A DNA stretch of 59,155 bases from Candidatus Omnitrophota bacterium. GTDB taxonomy: Bacteria; Omnitrophota; Gorgyraeia; B26-G9. Where the stretch lies: the NCBI GenBank assembly GCA_018817165.1, contig JAHITY010000005.1, positions 1-59,155 on the forward strand, given 5' to 3'. Positions within the stretch are counted from its first letter, which is position 1; the number at the start of each line of letters is the position of its first letter. The notes under the pieces were generated by a model. The model was not told where the DNA came from. It made no database searches and worked only from the letters and a program-made list of their open reading frames with translations. The translations under genes were made by a program, and so were the position numbers. This document shows, piece after piece, positions 43,250 through 51,022 of this stretch.

Positions 43250-43720
43250 ATGCGCATTGGTTATGGTTATGATATTCATCAATTAGTGGAAAATCGCAAG
43301 CTTATTTTAGGCGGAGTGGAAATTCCTTGTTCTCTTGGGCTTTTAGGTCATTCTGACGCTGATGTGCTGCTGCACGCGATCAGTGACGGGCTTTTAGGCG
43401 CGGCTGGATTAGGGGATATCGGAGAGTATTTTCCCGATACTGATCCAAAATATAAGAATAGTGATAGTGCGGAGCTTTTAGGAATTGTTCATCAAAAAAT
43501 TCAGGCAGCTGGCTATGTGATTATTAATCTTGATTGCACGATTTTTTGTCAGATTATAAAAATAAATCCAGTTAAACTTGAGATTAAAAAAAACATAAGC
43601 CGTATATTGGGAATTGATATCCAAGCAGTAAATATAAAGGCTAAGACAATGGAAAACCTTGATGCTATTGGGCAAAATAAAGCAATTGCCGCTGCCTGTG
43701 TTGTTTTAATTCAAAAGTAA
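43250..43720 (+). CDS. ispF: 2-C-methyl-D-erythritol 2,4-cyclodiphosphate synthase
   Basis: RIGYGYDIH, GHSDADVLLHAISDGLLGA, GDIGEYFPDTDP. Confidence 0.92.
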   Translation: MRIGYGYDIHQLVENRKLILGGVEIPCSLGLLGHSDADVLLHAISDGLLGAAGLGDIGEYFPDTDPKYKNSDSAELLGIVHQKIQAAGYVIINLDCTIFCQIIKINPVKLEIKKNISRILGIDIQAVNIKAKTMENLDAIGQNKAIAAACVVLIQK

Positions 43721-43741
43721 ACTATTTAACCGAGGTGAAAT

Positions 43742-44422
43742 ATGGAAGCCATAGTATTTGTTTTGATTCTGGTAGTTATTGCGATCATTTGGATAGTCAT
43801 TACCTTTAATGATGAGATAAAATCAACTAAAGAACGCGATCCGGCCGCAACCAGTACATTGGAAATATTATTAACTTACGCCGGTCTGCATGCTTTAATT
43901 CTTCATCGTATTGCCCAGGCGATTTATCGTTTGAAAGTTCCGTTTATTCCGCGTTGGTTATCTCAGTTTAATCGTTGGCTGACTGGTATTGAAATCCATC
44001 CCGCGGCGACTATTGGTATGGGATTATTTATTGATCATGGTATGGGCGTGGTAATTGGCGAAACTACGATAATTGGTGATAATGTTACTTTGTATCAAGG
44101 GGTAACTTTGGGCGGAACTGGCAAAGAAAAAGGCAAGCGTCATCCGAATATCGGTGATAATGTGGTAATCGGTGCCGGAGCCAAGGTGCTGGGTAATATT
44201 ACGATTGGTGATAATTCTTATGTCGGGGCAAACGCGGTTGTCTTAAGAAATGTTGATCCTAATTCCACTGTAGTGGGAGTTCCCGGAAGAATCACCAAAC
44301 AAGATGGAAAGAAGATTGATACTTTATTAGATCATGCTCATGTGCTTGATCCGGTCAGAGACAAAATGAATGCCTTAAAGCAAAGAATCGAAGCTTTGGA
44401 AAAAGCAATAAAAGAAAAGTAG
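43742..44422 (+). CDS. cysE: serine O-acetyltransferase with a hydrophobic N-terminal extension
   Basis: [34 protein letters not shown], left-handed beta-helix hexapeptide repeats. Confidence 0.82.
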   Translation: MEAIVFVLILVVIAIIWIVITFNDEIKSTKERDPAATSTLEILLTYAGLHALILHRIAQAIYRLKVPFIPRWLSQFNRWLTGIEIHPAATIGMGLFIDHGMGVVIGETTIIGDNVTLYQGVTLGGTGKEKGKRHPNIGDNVVIGAGAKVLGNITIGDNSYVGANAVVLRNVDPNSTVVGVPGRITKQDGKKIDTLLDHAHVLDPVRDKMNALKQRIEALEKAIKEK

Positions 44423-44427
44423 AATCA

Positions 44428-45870
44428 ATGAGCCTTAAAATTTACAATTCACTGACTTCCGCTAAAGAAGAGTTTTCTCTGGTCAAGCCGGATAGCAATA
44501 AACTGAATATGTATACTTGTGGAGTTACTGTATATGATTCATGTCATATTGGCCATGGCCGTTCCTTATATCTGTTTGAAGTAATCAGAAGATATTTAAA
44601 GTTTAAGGGTTTTGATATTACCTTGGTTAGAAATATCACTGATGTTGATGATAAAATTATTAATAAGGCCAGAGACTGGGCAAAAAAAGACAATATCTCT
44701 TTAAACCAGGCTTTTGATAATGTGCGCGATTTTTTTATCGCTGATTATTATAAAGACTTGGAAAGCTTGGGATTGCCCAAAGCCGATAAAGAACCTTTGG
44801 CCACGGAAAATATTATTGAAATCCTGGAGTATATTAAAACTTTAATTGCTAAAGGTTTTGCTTATGTAAAAAATGGCAATGTTTATTTTTCTCCGCGTAA
44901 ACTTGCTGATTATGGCAGTCTTTCCGGTAATAGCTTAGATCAGGTCTTAGAAGCAGTCCGAATTGATGATGATTTGGATAAACAGGATCCAGTTGATTTC
45001 GCGCTGTGGAAAAAAGTAAAAGATGATGAGCCTTCTTGGGATAGTCCTTGGGGTAAAGGCCGGCCAGGCTGGCATATTGAATGCTCGGTGATGAGCCAAA
45101 AATATCTTAATGTGCAGACATTGGATATCCATGGAGGAGGCCGGGATTTAATCTTTCCGCATCATGAAAATGAAAAAGCTCAAGCAGAAGCATTGACGGG
45201 TAAATTATTCGCCAAATATTGGATTCATCACGGACTATTAACGATCAATGGCCAGAAAATGGCCAAGTCTTTGGGTAACTTTTTTACAATCAAAGATGTA
45301 TTGAAAAAATATTCCGCGGATATTTTGAAAATATTTTATCTTCAGGCGCATTATTCTAGTTCAATTGATTTTTCCTGGGAAAAAATGGATGAGGCGCAAA
45401 AAGCTTTGGAGCGAATTTCCCGATTAAAAGAGAAATTAGAAAAATTTTTTCAGGAAACTATTTGTAGTCAGCCTGGAAAAAAAATGCCAGAGAATATCGC
45501 TGTGTACAGAAACGCTTTTATCGCGGCGATGGATGATGATTTTAATATGCCCAAAGGCTTGGCAGTATTATTTGATCTGGTTTCTGAATGCAATAGAGTT
45601 TTTGATAGTGATAATAAAGATAAACAACTGATATTTGCTTCTGCATTGTCTGTGATCAATGAGATTTCAGGTGTTTTTTGCCTGGATTTTTTAAAACAAA
45701 AATTTAGTGGTTTGACTGATCCGCAAATACAGGAAAAAGTTGATTTGCGCATAAAATATAAAAGCGAGCGAAATTTTAAAACAGCCGATGAAATTAGAGA
45801 TGAATTATTGTCTCAGGGTATTATTTTGGAAGATTTAAAAACTGGTAAAACAGTTTGGAGAATCAGCTGA
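44428..45870 (+). CDS. cysS: cysteine--tRNA ligase
   Basis: HIGH motif (CHIGHGRS), GWHIECS zinc site, KMSKS-type KMAKSLGN. Confidence 0.92.
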   Translation: MSLKIYNSLTSAKEEFSLVKPDSNKLNMYTCGVTVYDSCHIGHGRSLYLFEVIRRYLKFKGFDITLVRNITDVDDKIINKARDWAKKDNISLNQAFDNVRDFFIADYYKDLESLGLPKADKEPLATENIIEILEYIKTLIAKGFAYVKNGNVYFSPRKLADYGSLSGNSLDQVLEAVRIDDDLDKQDPVDFALWKKVKDDEPSWDSPWGKGRPGWHIECSVMSQKYLNVQTLDIHGGGRDLIFPHHENEKAQAEALTGKLFAKYWIHHGLLTINGQKMAKSLGNFFTIKDVLKKYSADILKIFYLQAHYSSSIDFSWEKMDEAQKALERISRLKEKLEKFFQETICSQPGKKMPENIAVYRNAFIAAMDDDFNMPKGLAVLFDLVSECNRVFDSDNKDKQLIFASALSVINEISGVFCLDFLKQKFSGLTDPQIQEKVDLRIKYKSERNFKTADEIRDELLSQGIILEDLKTGKTVWRIS

Positions 45871-45891
45871 GCTTGCCGGGTCGTATTGTTC

Positions 45892-45920
45892 TTGACACTA
45901 AAATTTAAAAGTGTTATAAT
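45892..45920 (+). promoter_or_regulatory. sigma70-type promoter upstream of the ROK gene
   Basis: TTGACA 45892-45897, 17-nt spacer, TATAAT 45915-45920. Confidence 0.6.
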
Positions 45921-46046
45921 TTTTAAAGCTTTAAAAAGTATTATCTATAGTTCTTTTTAAAGTTATTAATGAAGTATAAGTTTATTCATTGCAAAACGAT
46001 AAACTGATTAAAAGCATAATTTTAATAATTAAAGGAGCGGTGAGAT

Positions 46047-47258
46047 ATGAAGGGAGCTTTATTTAAAGACCAGATTTTATCTGATAGAGAGAGGAAAAAT
46101 CTCGATATTCTTGAAGTAGTTCGCCGTTATGGACCAGTGACTCGTACAGAAATATCAAGAATTACGAAATATAATATAGTTACTGTTTCAAACTATGTTA
46201 ATAATTATATAAAGAAAGATCTTGTCGTGGAAAAGGGTTTGGATATTTCAAGCGGTGGAAGAAAGCCTACTTTAGTTGAACTTAATTCGAAAAACTGCTT
46301 TGTTATTGGAATTGATATCGGGCCGGATCATATAATTGCCACGCTTACTGATCTTTCATTAAATATGATTACCAAAGTTCATAAACAGCGCCCGGAAGAA
46401 TCAATGGAAGATGTTGTCAGCAAATCTATAGAATTGATTTATGAAATAATTGAAAAATCTCAGATTGAAGCAAAAAAAATAAAAGGTTTGGGAATTGGGA
46501 TTTCCGGGATTATTGACGCGAAAGCCGGAACAGTTAGGGATACTGATCCTGTGCGCGGGAAAACAGCGGCAAGTTATATTTCAATTAAGAATTTAATTGA
46601 AAGAGAATTTGGCATTCCGACTTTTGTCGGTAATGATGCTACTGTAGCTGCTTTTGGGGAGAAAAGAATCGGGCTTGACGCGGAAATCGAAAATGTATTA
46701 TACATGTTTTCCGACGTTGGCTGCGGAATTATTATTAAAGGTGAAATTTACGCGGGAGCTGGCGGTAGTGCTGGTGAAATGCAGCTTAATACGTCTAGTG
46801 AAGATGATGATTTCACCAAAGATCTGGGATTATTTCGCCCGGGAAGCATAAATTTAGGGATTGTAGAATCAGGTAAGGCAGTAGTTAGAGCAGGAAAGAG
46901 TGAAAAGCTTAAAGAGCTTTGCGAGGGTAATCCGGACAATATTACTTCGGCTATTCTGATTGAAGCTGCTCGTCAAAATGATCAAGAATCAATTAAAATG
47001 CTGGAAAAAGCCGGGCTTAATCTGGGAGTAAGAATTGCTTATTTGATTAATTTATTTAATCCGGAAATTGTTATATTGGGCGGGGGGATGGAGCGAGCCG
47101 GAGACTTGATTCTTGAGCCAATTAAAAGAATGGTTCGTCGACTGGCTTTTGAAGAGCCGGCCAGTATGGTCAGGATAATTCCTTCTCGATTGGGAGAAAA
47201 CGCGGTTTCTTTGGGAGCGGCAAGTTTAGTAATTCGTGAGATTTTTATTCATGCTTAG
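46047..47258 (+). CDS. ROK-family transcriptional regulator / sugar kinase
   Basis: N-terminal winged-HTH (GPVTRTEISRITKYNIVTVSNYV), then the ROK sugar-kinase fold (GIDIGPD, GNDATVAAFGE, ILGGG). Confidence 0.75.
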   Translation: MKGALFKDQILSDRERKNLDILEVVRRYGPVTRTEISRITKYNIVTVSNYVNNYIKKDLVVEKGLDISSGGRKPTLVELNSKNCFVIGIDIGPDHIIATLTDLSLNMITKVHKQRPEESMEDVVSKSIELIYEIIEKSQIEAKKIKGLGIGISGIIDAKAGTVRDTDPVRGKTAASYISIKNLIEREFGIPTFVGNDATVAAFGEKRIGLDAEIENVLYMFSDVGCGIIIKGEIYAGAGGSAGEMQLNTSSEDDDFTKDLGLFRPGSINLGIVESGKAVVRAGKSEKLKELCEGNPDNITSAILIEAARQNDQESIKMLEKAGLNLGVRIAYLINLFNPEIVILGGGMERAGDLILEPIKRMVRRLAFEEPASMVRIIPSRLGENAVSLGAASLVIREIFIHA

Positions 47259-47267
47259 TTAAAAAAT

Positions 47268-47391
47268 CGGTAAAGTTTAACGGTAAGGAAACCCGTATCG
47301 GGAGCGTTTAACGGTTTAGGCTAAAACAATAAATTTTAAGACGACAGCCGTTGCCGTAAAACGAAACGGGCATCGTAACCCTAACCGTAAC
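47268..47391. repeat. ~125-nt palindromic intergenic element, copy 3
   Basis: cggtaaagtttaacggtaaggaaacccgtatcgggagcg ... ccgttgccgtaaaacgaaacgggcatcgtaaccctaaccgtaac. Confidence 0.85.
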
Positions 47392-47415
47392 TTTTTAAAT
47401 TGGAGGTAAGGTACT

Positions 47416-47610
47416 ATGGATAAAGAACTTAAGTTTATGAAAACAGCAGCGTTGATTTTTAAGGTCTTATCCTGGTTTTTTGTTGCGTTTTTTATTTTCG
47501 TGGCGATAGTTACTTTGCTGGGATTTGCAGATAATACTCCGCGAATTGGAAGTGTTGTATTTATAATTGGAGGAGCTTGGTTTTTTCTTGTTTTTTTACA
47601 GTATCAGTAA
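47416..47610 (+). CDS. small membrane protein, apparently truncated in TM2; the -1 frame continues to 47729
   Basis: SD ggaggt before ATG 47416. The stop falls inside a hydrophobic helix right after a T7 run; the -1 frame is open for 43 more codons. Confidence 0.5.
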   Translation: MDKELKFMKTAALIFKVLSWFFVAFFIFVAIVTLLGFADNTPRIGSVVFIIGGAWFFLVFLQYQ

Positions 47611-47756
47611 GCTTGAAGCTTATCGCTGATATTTCTGAAAATTCTCAGAATCAGGAAGAATCAGTACGAAAATTAAGCATTAAGCTTGATAAATTGGTTT
47701 CCTTACTCGAAGGAAAGCCTTTGGCTTAATATATTAAAATAAAACTTGTTAAAGCC

Positions 47757-47785
47757 TTGACAAACTATTGCATGGATGCTATACT
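47757..47785 (+). promoter_or_regulatory. sigma70-type promoter of the giant-gene locus
   Basis: TTGACA 47757-47762, 17-nt spacer, TATACT 47780-47785; about 290 nt upstream of the first ORF. Confidence 0.6.
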
Positions 47786-47834
47786 TTAAACATAAGAAAA
47801 CAATTTATAAAGTTTCAAAAAGTAAATTGTTTAT

Positions 47835-48055
47835 CCGAAAAGGCAAACCTGCTGAAAAGTGGGGACGTCTCGATCCTTTAATAAATGGGTCGTGACCGTG
47901 AATCCGAACGAAGTGAGTGGTTCACGGCAAAGCTACGGGTCTAAAGCAAAAGCAAGGATCGCCGAGCGCACCGATAACTTAATGCGACGATATGAGCTAT
48001 GATAGCCGAGCTACCGGAGTGTACGAATAAGTATACTTTGAGTGCGGTTTTTTTT
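47835..48055 (+). promoter_or_regulatory. structured 5' leader, candidate c-di-GMP-I (GEMM-I)-like riboswitch with terminator-like T8 run
   Basis: ggcaaacc-tgct-gaaa-agtg-gggacg (47842-47867) resembles the GEMM-I GNRA hairpin. Also acggcaaagc (47924-47933), caccgata (47969-47976), several hairpins and a T8 run at 48048-48055. Confidence 0.35.
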
Positions 48056-48073
48056 ATGTAAAGTGAGGATCTG

Positions 48074-48550
48074 ATGAAAAAAAGTTTCTGGTTTAAGATC
48101 ATTACGATTATAATAATCCAGGCAATTTTGCTTACCCAAGTAGAATTTGCTTTGGCATCTACATTCAGTAGTAAAGATCTTTGCCGGGAAGCTGCTTTAA
48201 AATATCAGAAAATAACCAGCAGAACAATCAGTTTGATATTTGGAATTGGTTGTTTGCAATTAAATTCCAGATCACGCCAATTAGATAAGCTGTTTAGTTT
48301 ACTTACCAGTGACAGTTTTAAGCTAGCAGAAAATGTATTAGCAAGTAAATCACATAACACTAGTAAAGACATTTATAAAGTTTTTGCTTTAACTGTTTTT
48401 AATTGTAATACAGTTAATAATCAATATGTTGCTTTAATTATAAATAAAGCTCAAGCTGCTGTTTGTTGGATGTCGGGAACTCAGGAATCCAGAGGTCCTC
48501 CAATGATTACAAAAAATATTGAATCAAATTTTAATAGCCGAATTGTTTAG
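48074..48550 (+). CDS. small anchored or secreted protein sharing the N-terminal WFKII motif with the giant ORF
   Basis: SD gtgagga before ATG; N-terminus KKSFWFKIITIIIIQAILLTQVEFALA. Confidence 0.55.
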   Translation: MKKSFWFKIITIIIIQAILLTQVEFALASTFSSKDLCREAALKYQKITSRTISLIFGIGCLQLNSRSRQLDKLFSLLTSDSFKLAENVLASKSHNTSKDIYKVFALTVFNCNTVNNQYVALIINKAQAAVCWMSGTQESRGPPMITKNIESNFNSRIV

Positions 48551-48596
48551 TTTAGCAATTCGGCTTTTTCTTTTTATCTTTAAGGGAGGTGTGGTT

Positions 48597-48941
48597 ATGG
48601 ATGAGAGACGCAGGTTTGAAAGAAATGGTGTTGAGTGTCCTTTACAAATTCAGGCAGTAGAAGCAGCGCAGTACATGATTAGAAATTCATTTTGCAATAA
48701 TGTTAGTCCAGTGGGCATGTCAATAACAACTTTTGATTTTTACCCGGTTAATGGAAAAGTGCATTTGAATTTACTTTCCAATACATTGACTAGCATGGTA
48801 GAAGCAATTGGCAGGGTTGTTTGGGTAAGAGAAATGCCGCATCAGAAAAGATTTAAAGTGGGTATAGAATTTGAGGATCCTAGTGAGAGTTTAATGCAAA
48901 AAATAAAAGCATTGATTTCTAAAAAATCAGAGAGGCAGTAA
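48597..48941 (+). CDS. PilZ-domain protein (c-di-GMP receptor)
   Basis: RRRFER (RRxxxR) followed ~25 aa later by NVSPVG (D/NxSxxG); SD agggagg upstream of ATG 48597. Confidence 0.75.
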   Translation: MDERRRFERNGVECPLQIQAVEAAQYMIRNSFCNNVSPVGMSITTFDFYPVNGKVHLNLLSNTLTSMVEAIGRVVWVREMPHQKRFKVGIEFEDPSESLMQKIKALISKKSERQ

Positions 48942-48943
48942 AC

Positions 48944-49582
48944 ATGAATTATTGCAAATTACCAAGCCATATTATTAAAAGTTTTATATTGCTATTTATA
49001 TTTATATTATTTGGTTTAATTATAAACCGGCTGGGGATTTGTCAAATGGAGAAAATAGATGGTTCAAAAGACCAACAGCAGAAAGCAACATTAACCGAAA
49101 ATAGTTCCGTCAATGTAGTTCCTTATACAAAGGGTGCGGCAGCTTCACCTGCTGGATCATCAATTACTCGGGGAGCAAAACTTGAACAAACGGTTAAGGG
49201 TTTAAATGACGCGGGATATTCATTAGATGAAGTTACTGTAATTTTAAAAAATGATAAAAATGATGCTTCAACTGTAAGCATCGCATGTTTAAAACAGGGG
49301 TTTAATGGACAGCAGATTTATAAATCTTTATTAAAAGCCGGCTATTCAAAAAAAAGTGCTGACTTGGCAGTGCCTTTATCAATCAGGCCGGAGATTCAGA
49401 TTTTGGGCATATCAACAAATTATAATGAAGCGATAGATTCATCATTAGCGGGGAAAAATAATAAAGTTTCTCTATCGGTCTCGGAAAGTGTAATGCAAGT
49501 TCCGGTGTCTGTTGGAGTGACTTTTAATGGATTAAGTAATTGGAATTCATTTCAGGATAAGAGATTTTCAAGTGAAAGGTAG
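48944..49582 (+). CDS. membrane-anchored or secreted protein with 14-residue helical repeats
   Basis: N-terminal hydrophobic segment; repeats TVKGLNDAGYS / LDEVTVILKND / VSIACLKQGFN / GQQIYKSLLKAGYS. Confidence 0.6.
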   Translation: MNYCKLPSHIIKSFILLFIFILFGLIINRLGICQMEKIDGSKDQQQKATLTENSSVNVVPYTKGAAASPAGSSITRGAKLEQTVKGLNDAGYSLDEVTVILKNDKNDASTVSIACLKQGFNGQQIYKSLLKAGYSKKSADLAVPLSIRPEIQILGISTNYNEAIDSSLAGKNNKVSLSVSESVMQVPVSVGVTFNGLSNWNSFQDKRFSSER

Positions 49583-49673
49583 GTATTAAAATGGTTATTA
49601 AAACAAATATTTACGAAATTATAATTATTCTTTTTATCAGTTGATTCAATTTAAAACCTAAAAGGAGGTATTT

Positions 49674-50993
49674 GTGATGAAGAAAAAAATTTTAATAAGT
49701 ATGATAATGATGATTAGTTTTGTTTGTATTTTCTCCGGGGAGGCTAACAGCCAAATTATAGGCAGAAAAACTGATGGCTCTGAATCGGAGGGTCTCCAAA
49801 AATGGATCCTGAAATTGTCCAATAGCTTAGGGGTCAGCTCAAGGCCTAACGTTGTTGCTGTATCAAGTGATGATACCGCGGTAACTGCTGTTCAGAGCGC
49901 GAATGAAGAAACAGCGCTCACTCCTATTCAAACCGCGACATCTGTTGCTTCTGGTTTAATTGCTTCCGGGACAATTGATAAATCTGTTGTTAAAGCAACA
50001 TTGATGAGTTATGGGTATGGAGAAACTGAAGCAGAAATCGCTTTTACAAAAGCAAGTACAAATAATGTTTTAGATAATATGATGGTTGTTCCGGTTGTTG
50101 ATAAGATAACAATATCGCAGGAATCTACTATGTCAACACTTGCTCCTGGAAATAGAGTTAAGCAAGGATTAAAGCCTCAATCAAAGTTTCAAAAGGGCAG
50201 GATCGCTAATTATATGAAAGATCCTAAGCAAACTGTTAGGCAGGATGAAATCAATACAACAACTGAGATGCTGGATGAAGGATATACTGTTGTTCAGGTT
50301 GCGCAAGGTTTCGCTGCTAATGGCTATACTTCTGCTAAAACTGCCGCGATATTTCAAGCGTCGGGGATTAGCGCAAAGGATGCTTATAACGCTTTAAGCA
50401 GTATGGGGATTGGTGAGGGAAAAGGATCAATCCTAAAGTCATGGGCTGCGGTTTTTAAACGTTTTGGTAGTAATGTAATGATTAAAGACCGACAAGAAAC
50501 TCAAAAACAGGAGGCGATTAAATCAACAGTAAATGATCTTGCCTCAGCCGGCTATGATGTCACAGAAGTATTAGGTGTAGTTGTGCAGGATTTAAAAGAT
50601 ACAGGAATGACAGCACAGCAGACAAACGATTTTTTAATTGAAAAAGTAGCTGACGGTACAGGAAAGCCAATAGCTAATTTCAGGAATGCTGGCAATATTT
50701 CTTTAAGTTCAATTGTAGGCGTAATTCAAGGCAGAAAAAATGGTGGATCTGTCTCAATGACTTCTTATGGTCAGGGAGAAATAGCATTAGCATCAGCAAT
50801 GATTAAAGCCGGCTATTCAACATCAGAAGTAGCGTCTTCATTTAAAACAGGATCGTATTCCTATACTAACGCGGATACGCAAAAGATACTATCTCAAACA
50901 AATATATCCAACCCGGCAAGTCCGGATACAACAACTAATAATAATACTCAAGAAGATTTGCTTAAGCGTAATACGCAAGCATTACCGATTTAA
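49674..50993 (+). CDS. secreted protein with 14-residue helical repeats
   Basis: SD aaaggagg; Sec signal KKKILISMIMMISFVCIFSGEANS; repeats such as EMLDEGYT VVQVAQGFAANGYT SAKTAAIFQASGIS AKDAYNALSSMGIG. Confidence 0.65.
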   Translation: MMKKKILISMIMMISFVCIFSGEANSQIIGRKTDGSESEGLQKWILKLSNSLGVSSRPNVVAVSSDDTAVTAVQSANEETALTPIQTATSVASGLIASGTIDKSVVKATLMSYGYGETEAEIAFTKASTNNVLDNMMVVPVVDKITISQESTMSTLAPGNRVKQGLKPQSKFQKGRIANYMKDPKQTVRQDEINTTTEMLDEGYTVVQVAQGFAANGYTSAKTAAIFQASGISAKDAYNALSSMGIGEGKGSILKSWAAVFKRFGSNVMIKDRQETQKQEAIKSTVNDLASAGYDVTEVLGVVVQDLKDTGMTAQQTNDFLIEKVADGTGKPIANFRNAGNISLSSIVGVIQGRKNGGSVSMTSYGQGEIALASAMIKAGYSTSEVASSFKTGSYSYTNADTQKILSQTNISNPASPDTTTNNNTQEDLLKRNTQALPI

Positions 50994-51022
50994 TATATTA
51001 AATATAAGGGGGAGGTCAAATC

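Noticed and set aside
38754-47391. The three ~125-nt repeats as a CRISPR array
   Set aside because: The copies are ~4 kb apart, separated by housekeeping genes. They are long palindromes rather than 25-40-nt repeats with short spacers, and there are no cas genes.
47861-47880. ggggacgtctcgatcc resembles the 5' end of tmRNA (GGGGACGU..GGAUUCGAC)
   Set aside because: No tRNA-like 3' end (GGTTCGA..CCACCA) or tag-peptide reading frame follows, and the region is far too short for tmRNA. I treated it as part of the locus leader instead.
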